From Ophelia neglecta (Eukaryota), in the NCBI GenBank assembly GCA_965285935.1, contig OZ260661.1, forward strand, positions 144,460,001 through 144,524,000: a stretch of 64,000 nucleotides of DNA, written 5' to 3'. A model generated the notes under the pieces. That model made no database searches. It had not been told where the DNA came from and was given only the letters and a program-made list of their open reading frames with translations. Shown in pieces: positions 27,469-40,100 of this stretch. Position 1 is the first letter of the stretch. Each line of letters starts with the position of its first letter. The translations under genes were made by a program, and so were the position numbers.

Positions 27469-29211
27469 AACATCTAAGGGGTTAAAGATTATGTGAAATT
27501 GACCGAAAGGGGCAATTTTTGTCAACATTCCCAGCAACGAACAGAGAAATATGCAAAAGAATGAGAATAGTCCTAAGGTATGTCGATCGAGGCGGTCATT
27601 TTGAAAATCGCCGACATGAACAAACCCTGGTTTCCTGTTTGTATTTGGAATAAATGATCAAAGAAGCCATTGCTTACGGGTAATCGGGATATATGTGTGC
27701 GGTTTTTTAAGTGATTGTGGTGGAAAAGAAATCTTACATAATTGCACGATTGACCTAATTTAGTTTGCTATATATTAACCATTGTGGTATCTAGTATAGT
27801 GGCCGTTATTTGCTTTAATACGACGCTTCTCATGCCACTCTTAAAGTTTGTTCCCGGTTCGGCTGTAAACTTGCAAGTCATTGCTATGGTTAAACTGAAG
27901 CCGACTGACAATGAAGATCAGTCATCGACAATATACGTTTATACGGGACAAATATAAGCTGTCAGCTATAGCATTGCGCTAGTTGTTAAAATTATAACGC
28001 AACAAACTTAAGACAATACAATTGTTCAATTAAGTCACTTTCATCGAGAAGAGGACCAAAGTATCCCAAAATGTTAATAAAACAGAATGGCGTAATCCCA
28101 ACGTGGGACTAGTAAGAACTCGTAAAGGGAAAAACACAGGCTCATGTACTGTCGTATTTATAGCAGCTGGATAAAAATGGTTATTATTCTTGTGTATGAC
28201 TGAAATCCTGAAATTGACAACTATCATCAGGCGATAATGAACAACTCTAGGCTGTATTTGCCTGTACCAATGCCATTTTTTATAACTAATTTTTCACAAG
28301 TTTAGTCGGGGAACTGGGTATTGGAGTTTGTTGGCCTGCAGCTGGTGATTCCTGGTGAATTCTGACTATTTTATTTACTATTTTTGATGATTTTGTTTTT
28401 CTGCCGGGTAGCCACCCCTGTTTATCCCCCACTGCGCCATTCCACGACGTGTTTGTTTACATATCTGAGTGCTGATTTTTGTCCATTTGTGTGGTGTAAC
28501 TTTGAGTTGTTTGGTTCCTACAGTTTGCCTTCCTTTCCATGTTCTCTGGGGGAATGTTTACATTTAGTTCTCTACAAACCGTGCTTGTTAATCCAGCTTA
28601 TCCAGAATACATGACTGTTGTCACAGCGTCAACGACCTTTGATGCACATCGGATGCTATGTAAACACGGTAATGCCTAGTTGGCATGCTTCCCCATCCAT
28701 CAAGTCTATCAGAGCTGCCGGCTTCGTGTGTCTGAATATGGCATCATAACCAGGCAACAAGGCGGAGAGCTCCGTTAGAAAGTGGGGGATACAATGGTCG
28801 CTGTATTATCCGGGTCTCTGTATAAAGCGCTGTATTCGGCGCTGGGCGCTGCTGCTCCAGGTCGCATTAGAATTAGAAACTAGTGTTAGGGTAGGCTAAT
28901 CCCATTATTCTTTCCCAGCGCAGCGTTGACAGTAGGGCCCCGAGAACATGGAGCCGTATAACCCCGCGTGGTGGAAAATTGTCACAAAGGAATGCTCAAC
29001 GGCTTAGCGAGGTAGCTAGGATTTAGAGAATAGTCATAGCATTATATATATTTAAACGGAGTAGCAGTAGCGCATACAACACAAATCAGGAAGGCATTCG
29101 TTCAACAATTTTTACACCGAATGCTCTTGGATATTATTCGTTGTAATTTAAAAAGACCCATTACATGGCACCCTAGCTTAAAGAAATATCCGAAGAAGAG
29201 TGATATACTTG

Positions 29212-29277
29212 ATGTCGGCTGTACAGGCGCTGAAAGCAGATGTGGACGAGACGGTCGTTTGGCAGGCTCCGTGGGAG
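29212..29277 (+). CDS. Alternative first coding exon, WQAPWE family copy A: MSAVQALKADVDETVVWQAPWE
   Basis: ATG, 22 open codons, GAG|gtaggt phase-0 donor compatible with the 51671 acceptor; homologous to exons at 31241 and 37112. Confidence 0.8.
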
Positions 29278-30681
29278 GTAGGTGTGTCCATTATTAGTAG
29301 GTCCGAGCATCCGAGCAACGCCTTGGAATATCCACTTCCTACCTCTTAAATAACCACCGCTCAGCCCTTAAATAGCCACTTCCCAGCTCTTAATAGCCAC
29401 TTCTCAGCTCTTAAATAACCACTTCGCACCCGTCAGATAGCCACTTTGGAGCAATATAACCGATTTCCCAGGAAATAAAATTGCGTGGCCCACTTGCTTG
29501 AAGAAATAGGAAATAAGCGAGAATAATTGACTTTTTTTTATCTATCAATACATTCCAGTTTAGGGGAATTGGGAAAATAGGTGCACCAGATAGACCACAT
29601 CACGGACTCGTAATCACATTATCAGCTAACACATAGGGTAATACTCAGTCCGAACGTTGAGAATGGCTGGTAAATTTATTCATATAACTTTTTAAGGCAT
29701 TCCGCTTGTCCCCCCCCCCCCTCCGCGGAGAGTTACAGGCAGGGGGGTCAAATAAGGCAGTATTTTAGACATTCAAAACCGTGTAATGGTATTCCTTTCC
29801 ATCGAGTGGGGTAGGGTAAGGTGTGGGGACGGTGAGTGGGGGTAGGAATGGTTGGAAAGGGGGAGGGGCGGGGGGATGGTTGGCTAGAGGAGGGGCTTGG
29901 GGTTGAGGTTGGGGAGGAGTAGTCTCGGTAAATTAGTGTACAGAAAGGCTTCTCGATAAAGGTTCACCCGAAACAGGTCAATCTAGGAAAAGTAATACCA
30001 AACAAGCGTCAACCAGAATAAACAAGAGTTACAATCATAGAGGGCCGAGCTAGGCATACAGCCCCATCTTGTGAACGTAATACGAAGCAAGCATTTGATG
30101 CATGGTAGATACACTATATTGGCTTATTGCTATCGGAATAAAATCATATCAGAAATATAACTCCAATCGTAGTGGCCAATTTTCCATTGTTCTGCTACCA
30201 GCTTGTATCAATAGACGTCATAAATAGGACATGATTTGCGCACTTTCCACCAGAACGCTGATGGCAGTTGGCCAGAAGACGTCAGCAAAAAATAAGTACG
30301 TCTGCCAAATTGCCTTCTTTATTATAGGAACTAATTGGACTAATAAGAAATATATTTACCACGCAGAGTAAAGAAACGCCGTCGGTTATTTGAAGATTGC
30401 AATCTGCAAGATGTGCCAAAACTATTACTGGATTCACGTGATATTGCCAGCAAAGACGAAGGAATATCTTTGCCACTTATTAGTGGGAATTGAAACGAAT
30501 AAGTATTATCCTTTGATAATTTCGATTCAGCAGGTTGTTAATTGTGCGGTGGAGGACATTAGAACGTCTATTCTAATGAAATTAATCAGTGTAAATGATT
30601 GTGTTTTGTGTTGTGCAACTAACTGAAAGATCGTGCTAGGATGCAGACACACCTAAAGCGGTGAACTAAGGTAACTATGAT

Positions 30682-30750
30682 GCTCTCTAGAAGGCGACAT
30701 AAGCTGCTCTCTAGAAGGCGACATATTGCGCTCTCCAGAAGGCGACATAT
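30682..30750. repeat. ~23-bp tandem repeat, 3 copies, followed by a TATA-like tataaata
   Basis: gctctctagaaggcgacata repeated. Confidence 0.8.
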
Positions 30751-31240
30751 TCGCTGCGACAGGGTATAAATATAGGTTGTGCGTATGTATTGTAGGTACC
30801 TAGAGATTTCTACTGATCGTCTTTGAAAAAGAAGATTTCGCTTTGAGTGGCTAATTCCTGGAATGGAAAGATTGTGCTTGCTGAGGCCAATCCGCTCACT
30901 TTGTTTTCACACCTTTTGAATTAAGTTGCTAAGCACACGCGCTGTGTTCCATCAGAGTGTTTCCTGCTACATCAGGGTGGAAAAGGCGATCGGAAAAACC
31001 TCCCCTCTCCGTGGAGCTTTGTACAGCAGCCGATGACGGCAGCCGATAGAGGGCGCTAATGAGGTACCCAGAGTGTTGTACTGTAGTGTATCAGACCTAT
31101 TGACACCGCTCACCAGTTATATTTACATGTCTATTGCAAGGAGAACTAGTACCTGTATTGTATTCAAACCAATTCTGCCATTTCTTGAAATCATAATAGT
31201 TTGTTATCCATAACGAGACTTCATCCTTGGGAATTACTCT

Positions 31241-31318
31241 ATGGCGGATGTACAAAAAGTTCCAACGATAGTTAAGACAGCGGAAGACGAGGTGCGGATA
31301 TGGCAGGCCCCGTGGGAG
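31241..31318 (+). CDS. Alternative first coding exon, WQAPWE family copy B: MADVQKVPTIVKTAEDEVRIWQAPWE
   Basis: ATG, 26 open codons, GAG|gtaagt consensus phase-0 donor. Confidence 0.82.
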
Positions 31319-31850
31319 GTAAGTAAAATGACTCGACGACAAGGCATGCACCCTTCACATAAAGTGAAGTGAGGATATGGTATGCGCTCTGGAATCGGGT
31401 GGGCCGGGTTGGGGGTGGGTGTGGGGGGTGGGGTGGGGGTGGGGTGGGGTGGGGTGGTGGTGTCAAATACAATGAGGTGCCGATATGGCATGCGACGTGG
31501 GAGGTATGTAAAATGACTCGACGACAAGGCATGCACCTTGAGAGCTACATAGAGTGAAGTAAGGATATGGCATGCGCCGGCGGGTAGGGGGGGGGGGGTC
31601 AAATACAATAGGTTGCCGATGTGTTAAATGAAGTGAGGTTATGTCATACGCCGTGAATCGGGGGGAGGGGGGCTAAATACAATGATTTGCCGTTGTGACA
31701 TGCGCCGTGGGAGGTCAGTAAAATGACTCAAGGATAAGGCTTGCATCATTGAAGCTACATTAAATGAAGTGAGGTTATATCATGCGCCGTGAGAGGGGGG
31801 TGGGGGTGGGGGTAAATACAATGAGTTGCTGATATGGCATGCGCCGTGCG
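31290..31850 (+). repeat. Tandem repeat built from the 3' end and donor site of first exon B, with G-runs
   Basis: atatggca.gc..cgtgggag|gt..gtaaaatgactc recurs at about 31298, 31483 and 31695; partial copies at 31375, 31563, 31775, 31831. Confidence 0.85.
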
Positions 31851-34800
31851 CCATATGGCCTGTGCCTTGGGACATAAGTACAATGAAGTACAGATGATGC
31901 ATGCGAGTTGGGGTTTATACAGCTGCCATACACAGGCCGGAAGGATAGGTGTGTTTTATAACGTTTACACTTTAATGACACTTCCTGACTGAGGGTGACC
32001 TTGTTAAATTCGTTTAAGGTAGCTTAACTTGATCCTGCTCAGGGTGTTTTGTAGGGATTCATGGTTGTGAATCTGCACTCGTCGGTTCGACCCATCTAAT
32101 GGAACATGATTGAGTACTGATTTTCGTTTTGTGTGCCGGGTATCCACTCCCGTTTTGCTACAGTTGATAATACGCGTATGAACAAAGGTCCATTCATGTG
32201 AAGTGTCATTCAATAAAAAAGCCCACACTTTAATTACAAGCAAAATTAATATAGTAGAGCAATTATGTAAAGTGTCTAGTAATAATTGTCACCGCAGTAA
32301 CTGATAAGTATCTGTTAGAACGTATAGAGGTCAGCATCCATTCCTAGTCATACAACTTTTCGCGAGGCCTATTCGTAGTACTACAGATGCGGTTACAACT
32401 ACCAAGTTAGTCATTGTAAACAGTCCTACCTCTCAGAATGTACGCCTCAGTCTTATGTATTAGGACTTTTCTTGATACAGAAAAAATAAACAAAATATTG
32501 GCCCTAAACAATTTTGTTTGTGTTTTTTAGTCTCTAGCTAGCCTACATTGTACCGTGTTTAATATCGGTTATCTGTGGCTTTTTCCGCAGTTGATTTATA
32601 AACATCACTGACCGAGAACGAACCAAGCAGGCACAACACGTAGAAATCACGTGTTGTAACCACGTAGAAATTTGTTTGAGAAAGGAATATATTATATAAC
32701 GTGAATTTTACACGTGGTAAAGACGTGTATGAAAACAGATGAATTCCACAGCATTTTACACGACTCCTCCACAAATTTTCCACCAGACACATGGAACTTT
32801 TACACGTGGCAACGCCGTGTAAATATGTACTAGTTGTACAAAACATAAAATTACATTGCTCGTCAAATTTATTGGGAACATCGTCCCAAGATAGTGACAT
32901 TCTACTTCTCATTCTGGCCTCCTACTGATATAAGGGCGATACCTGCACTGTGATCATGTGCTGGAAATCATGTTTAATAATTGATAGAAGAACCCAACCT
33001 GCCTTGAACACTTATTACACCCAGAACCTAGTATATTTATAATCACATGGACATAATATTCAAAACACTGACAAATGCATTCTTCTCTAAAGTGACATTA
33101 TTTCGATACATTTGGCTAGTCGATGTTGTAGTTGCTAATCGATGAAACTTTTTAAGTTTAAATGAGTGCATAATCCTCGGGGAATTTATTGGCAAATTAT
33201 TTTTTTTTGCAATCAGGGAGATGATAAAGAAAAAAAAATTTAACCCAAAATCAGTTTTATCCTGCTATCATTGTTCTTACTTTCGATTGATCTCCATCCG
33301 CCTTTCAAAAGATTTTCACCGTTAAGTCAACGTTGATTTGTGGTAATATGCCTGCTGGAATTAAATACCACAGGTATGAAGATGAAAAGTTACAGTTAGC
33401 CATAATGTATGTTTTAAAATTACATAATTATACTTCGCCAATAATCCAAATCTTTTCCACGTGTGAATATAAAATCTTTTCCACGTTCCCAAAATCACGT
33501 GGAATGAATGTGGAATTTACAAGTATAATGTCTCGTGATTAACCTCCACCAATAATACACATCTTTCCCACGTGTGAATTCCACATCTATTCCACGTACT
33601 TATAATCTACGTGAGAACAGGTGGATCCACCTGTTCACAAGTTATCCACCTGAATTCCACGTGGAAAACCACATGATGGGCCTACTGGGAACTTAATGTT
33701 CTGTCTAACAAGAGGCCTCAGTACCAATTTAACACAATTCCTATGGCGCATTCCCAAAACTCTTCATTCCAGGGCTTTGCTGCTAGCAATGAGCAGAACT
33801 TCCCGTTTTCGATTTTCTCAAACATGGAGTCAGCTGCCGTGCCAGTGCTATCACAATACCTGTATCTTTCCACAGAGTGCATTAAACAACAAACTCGCTG
33901 AGAGTCGCACAATTTGATGATGGTTAATAAGATAAAATCTCTAGTTCACGACATTGTACGTATAGCTTTATATTCAATTTCAAACAGGTTTAACACAGCT
34001 CTGCATACGAAACATATAAGTGACTGCTGTCAATTTTGACCCTCGAGCGAGTTACAACGACGAGCGCGGTGCATACTACTAACGCGCTATGTAAATTGGA
34101 TTATTGTTTCGTGACTTTCTCGGTCAAGGCTGTATAACAATCTGGACTGGCATATTCTAGAGAAGGGCGAATAAGTTACACATTAGCTGAAAGTTATCTA
34201 GTCTCATTTGTAATGTGTCGTCAGACATTGCCAGACGATCTTCTTCTTTTCTTATTAGTCCAAAATGAACCCCCTAAAGGCACATTTCATCAGTGTCCTA
34301 CCTTGACCACTGACTTGTTGTATTGTACTCGCATCGTGAAAACACCTGTTGACAACTTCTCAAGTTACATCCATTTTTATTGCTTCTTTTTGATTTTATT
34401 AAAAGCTTATTAACTGTTGGGGCGCTTGGGGTTTGAGTATAAGGGCTTGCCGCTGGTGGATCCTGACGATGCTGACCAATATAAACAAACCTTACCTGCT
34501 TTATGATTTTAATTTGCTTGGCGGGCATTCAATTCCGTTGTTATTGTTGAATATGGATATACATGTATTTTCCTTTTTCCACTGCCGGGAAGCTGTGTAT
34601 GCCTTACGAAGTGAGTTACCTTGGCGGTCTCATAAAAACACTCTGGTAGATACAGCCACGGTAAAGAGGCGGGTCGTGGCTATAATGACCAGGCCCATGA
34701 AAGCACATAAAGTATATGCTCTGGAAGATATAGCTTAATGTGCCTCTGAATGGATGGCATCTGATAGGAATGCAACCTTATAAGGCTTGGCGTGTCCTGC

Positions 34801-35059
34801 TAATATCAACGTCCGGGTGGATCCTGGAGTTGTCAGTGGGGTCGTATTGATCATCGCCAATAGCCATACCAATATATTGCCCGTGTTGAACCTCCAATGG
34901 CCAATAGGCAGAAGTTTGTTTTGCTAGTATTGAATATCCAACAAGTTAATACCAGGATTTTATATTGCCCATTTTGAACACCCGATGGCTAATAGATAGT
35001 AGTGTGCTAATGGTATGAAAGTTTAAAGAAATTAATTACACTAAAAAGTTTCGTATTGT

Positions 35060-36685
35060 ACCCCGCCAATAGGCGAACTCTATATTGCACGTTGTACCTG
35101 GCCAATATCCAGTACTTAATAATGTCCGTGTTGTACCTGGCCGGTGGCCAGTGCTTAATATTGCTCGAAATGTACCTCGCCAATAGCCAGTACTATGCTT
35201 ATATTGTACCTCGCCAATAGCCAGAACTTTATAGTGCCTTTGTTGAACCTCGCCAATAGACAGTACTTTATATTGTCTGTGTTGTACCTCGCCAATAGCC
35301 AGTACTTTATATTGTCTGTGTTGTACCTCGCCAATAGCCAGTACTTTATATTGTCTGTGTTGTACCTCGCCAATAGCCAGTACTTTATATTGCATGTATT
35401 GTACCTCGCCAACAGCCAGTACTTTATAGTGCCTTTGTTGAACCACGCCAATAGACAGTACTTTATATTGTCTGTGTTGTACCTCGCCAATAGCCAGAAC
35501 TGTATATTGCTCGCCTTGTATCTCGCCAATAGCCAGCACTTTGTATTGCATGTATTGTACCTCGCCAATAGCCAGCACTTTATATTGCATGTATTGTACC
35601 TCGCCAATAGCAAGTACTTTATATTGCTCGCCGTGTACCTCGCCAATAGCCAGCACTTTATATTGCATGTATTATACCTCGCCAATAGCCGGCACTTTAT
35701 ATTGCATGTATTATACCTCGCCAATAGCCAGTACTTTATATTGCATGTATTGTACCTCGCCAACAGCCAGTACTTTATATTGCATGTATTATACCTCGCC
35801 AATAGCCGGCACTTTATATTGCATGTATTGTACCTCGCCAATAGCCAGTACTTTATATTGCATGTATTGTACCGTGCCAATAGCCAGAACTTTATATTGC
35901 TCGCCTTGTACCTCGCCAATAGCCAGCACTTTATATTGAATGTATTATACCTCGCCAATAGCCGGCACTTTGTATTGCATGTATTGTACCTCGCCAACAG
36001 CAAGTACTTTATATTGCATGTATTGTACCTCGCCAATAGCCAGTACTTTATATTGCTCGCCGTGTACCTCGCCAATAGCCAGTACTTTATATTGCATGTA
36101 TTGTACCTCGCCAATAGCCAGCACTTTATATTGTCTGTGTTGTACCTCGCCAATAGCCAGTACTTTATATTGCTCGCCTTGTACCTCGCCAATAGCCAGT
36201 ACTTTATATTGCATGTATTGTACCTCGCCACTAGCCAGTACTTTATATTGCTTGCCTTGTACCTCGCCACTAGCCAGTACTTTATATTGCTCGCCTTGTA
36301 CCTCGCCAATAGCCAGTACTTTATATTGCATGTATTGTACCGTGCCAATAGCCAGAACTTTATATTGCTCGCCGTGTACCTCGCCAATAGCCAGCACTTT
36401 ATATTGAATGTAATGTACCTCGCCAATAGCCAGCACTTTATATTGCATGTATTGTACCTCGCCAACAGCAAGTACTTTATATTGCATGTATTGTACCTCG
36501 CCAATAGCCAGCACTTTATATTGCATGTATTGTACCGTGCCAATAGCCAGAACTTTATATTGCTCGCCGTGTAGCTCGCCAATAGCCAGCATTTTATATT
36601 GCTCGTTGCTCGTATTGTACCTCGCCAATAGCCAGTACTATATTACTCGGCTTGTACCTCGCCAATAGCCGGCACTTTATATTGC
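35060..36685. repeat. 39-bp minisatellite ttgtacctcgccaatagccagtactttatattgcatgta
   Basis: About 41 copies; explains ORFs 35036-36668. Confidence 0.98.
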
Positions 36686-37111
36686 CCGTAGCTTACGAAA
36701 ATGATTTGGGCGGAGACTAAATAAAGTCTAGATTTCAGCTAACATACTTTATGTGTGGGGACGTCTCCTAAAACACGTTCTTACCCACTTTGTATCGGCC
36801 TTCATACGACAATGTTTCGTAAAAAACACCCCATTAGGGCAAAACAAGCCAACAACAAGCACTGTGCAAACACATACATTAGTAATGAGACGAGCACGTG
36901 CCTGGGACAGGGATGGGAGGCATTGATATTTGAGGCCATCTTAATACGGGGTTCTGGCTGTACAGAACATCAGGTATCATCAACGTTACTCAGATGTGTT
37001 AAGCAGACTGATGTGGATCTTAGCGTGATAAGCCATTATCAGTTTACCCCTCGACATTTCCATAATTAAGGGATACTTCAACAAAAGAAGAGTAACACTA
37101 ATGTAACACTG

Positions 37112-37189
37112 ATGTCGAATTTGAACACAATCCAAATTTCACCGACCGCTGAGGTTGACGCGAACATCATATGGCAGGTCCCCTTGGAG
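37112..37189 (+). CDS. Alternative first coding exon, WQAPWE family copy C: MSNLNTIQISPTAEVDANIIWQVPLE
   Basis: ATG, 26 open codons, GAG|gtaggt phase-0 donor; shares upstream aagaagagt and the start context tgATGTCG with copy A. Confidence 0.78.
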
Positions 37190-40100
37190 GTAGGTCGTCT
37201 TACCGTAGAGTCGGGTTTCAATTTCTCAGGTCCTTTCCCAGCTATTAACTAGGAAAGACTTACCCTTTGAAAGATAATCCTTCAAGGAATACTTACATCG
37301 TTCATTTTAATATAGACTTTTAGAACATACCCATTGGTCGTTGACCAATCAGGAGTCAGCATTTATTTAACTTAAAAGAGCTACAAACCATTGTGGCATT
37401 TATAGTCGGTTGCTACTATTGGTTATATACCCTCCGACATTCTAGCAGCGATAAAAAGTGCATTGATAGCTTACTGGGACATCAATAACCATTTATTAGT
37501 CTGCAGTTTGAAAGGTTAAATATACACGTGGCCCCAAAGAGAAAAAGTGCTAGAATGGATTTAAAAATCATTGGAAGTCACGAAATTTCAAGTCGCATTT
37601 TGCCTGCATTGGCTTGTAGTCGCCTTGCGAACATGGCAGTGATTTTACATAGAGGGTAGAGTCTGTACGGATAGTTTCAATGTCTGCGGACGAGTCTCAT
37701 ACACCAGTCGAGGTTTTTGCAAGGGTATATAGAAAAAACATAGCTAATTGAGAATTTATAAAATGGTCAGACTTTGCATTAGCACTTAAGAAAATTCTTT
37801 GTTGGCAGATTAGGTCATAAAACCTCAACACTATAATGATTTCGTTTCAACAAACAACACTTTGCATTGATAAATTGGTTTCCATAACGTTTTTGCTCCC
37901 GAGATGGGGCATATTTTGAGTAAACAGGGGTACTCCAAACAGCCTATGGGCTACACAATGCAAGTAAGGTAAAGTGATCACAATATAGGAAACTATTGAT
38001 AATGACAAAGATAAAAGTTATAATATTAAAAACAAATAAAAATAATAATTATAGTGACAGTGACACAAATGATAATAACAAAAATATAACAGTAATGATT
38101 ATACAACCATAATCAACAAAACTGTGGTTCTAATAACAAGCACATTTTGAAACAAGCAACAAGAAAATCCTTTTTTTCTGGATTAACATTTACAAACATT
38201 CACAGAAAAGATCAAAATATAAATAGCACAAAGTTAATAATTAATACATAAACGATATAGAGATAAAACGAATAGACAGTGCAAATAAAAATAGTAATTA
38301 TAGCTACATTGGTGGTGGATTATCTTATAAGGATATTTTTGTCGACACATATTTTATGCTTTGATGTCCTTTCTATTACTTTTTGCAGCTGCATGTAGAA
38401 CATTTGGCCGCCCCATAGCGAATTTCAAAGCAGCTTTTATAGCTGTATGCTTCAAAATGGGGTCAAGCTTTGCCATATGAAGTGACACTATTATTTTCCT
38501 GCACTTTTCGCATATCTTTATAGTTGATAGCTCAAAAAACTGCATTACCGCAGGTTCCACTAGTCCAGGTGACGGTTATCTTACCTATGTCAGAATCACG
38601 CCCGCACCGTGTCAGGGGTACCACCATTGTCAAGACTTATGTTCGTGCCTTGCGAGAATAATGGTGTTCTTAGTGTGAATCGGTTTTCACACGTGAATAT
38701 TTCATAGGAGTACACGTTAACAAGCCCCGCTACTTCTTTAATTACTTAAGGCAGAAGGACCTTGATAGATGGCATCATTTAACGTCCTACTAGGGAGTTG
38801 CAATGAATAATAAAAGGACTCAACGTTGGTTGGCTCAATGGTTAGCTTGTCCGTTCTTAACAAACCCCAAGCAAAATCCAGTTGAAAGGTTCATGGTTCG
38901 GGTCAAACTTATAAGAAGGGAAATATTGACTCAATCAACTCAGGACGTCAACTGACTCGTTTAATTAATGATTAAACTCCTTTATTGACCTAGTGCTATT
39001 GTTTAAGCCGTACAATCTCTCATACTTTCGGCATAATGGACGCAACTGGACATTGTCAATATAAAATAGCAGTATATTATTAGTTTGTTTTAAGATATCC
39101 ATAATGTCGACAATCAGATCCTAGGTGTGTACTCCTGGCCTGGTAGTTCTTGTTGAGCCTCTAGATATGTTGTATCCGATGATGACTTGCAGGCATAAAG
39201 TAGCTCTATTTTGGGATAGAAACCGTTAATTGAACTGTTTATATAGCCACGTGTAATCCTGATATGCAGGATGTCGATAGTAACGTCTTCTGTACTCTGT
39301 TTTACACCTGCATTACTGAACATGTTAGCTGTTGATGATCCTAGCTGTCGTATGAAAGCTTGCTTTCGCCTGGGCCTTTGCATTAATTAGACTGTTCCTT
39401 GGATCCCCCCCCCCCCCACGCCCGCGCCCTGAGCATCATGCGTGACCTGCCATGGATTAACCCACCATGCATACATATACTTGTGTTTAATAGGGAGGTG
39501 ACGGCTCTGGTGGGTCAGTAAGCCCCCCCAAAAGTCACCAATGAACCTGGTACTACTGACTTGGACATGATTTTAAGAATATACGGCTGGCGTGTATAGT
39601 GCAGAAGCCATAGCATAGTGTGAAACATTTTTGGGGGAGCTTTGTACCGTAGTTAAAATATTTCTTTGGGAATTTTCCCCCTCAAAATGACACCTATCAA
39701 TAAGGTGTCAATTTAATTCAAATAAGTTCATCTGATCTAGTCTAATTGACGGATTTTAAGTAAATGAAAGGCTTGTATTAGTCGAAAGAACGTCCTCGCG
39801 CTAACGCCTTCTTGTATTTTCATCATTACATAAAGGCGCCTGGACCCAATCTCAATATGTATATATTGTAAGGTGATTAAGAATGCGCATCAGGTTCTAT
39901 GAACCATATTCAGGGTTCAAACGTTCGCAAGTACCTTTGGCATGTACACTTAAATCAAAGCTCAGGACAGGAAGATTTAGTGTACACAGGTGGAATATTT
40001 GATCGTTTGATAACATCTCTTAGTCAAATTGGCATGTTAGATATATAACTTCTTTGTTGTGAATTACTCTTAGGACAAGTGAAATATCTTGAGCGCGTGC

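Noticed and set aside
30641-30676. ATG...aag|gtaact unit as another first exon (similar units near 40938 and 33348)
   Set aside because: In-frame stop before the donor or wrong phase for the 51671 acceptor; could at most be non-coding exons.
30665-30700. Resemblance to the 28S rDNA I-PpoI/R2 target (taactatga..ctct..aagg)
   Set aside because: Short imperfect match with no flanking rDNA; explained by a local tandem repeat.
35036-36668. ORFs up to 475 aa in several frames
   Set aside because: Artefact of the 39-bp minisatellite; open in multiple frames at once.
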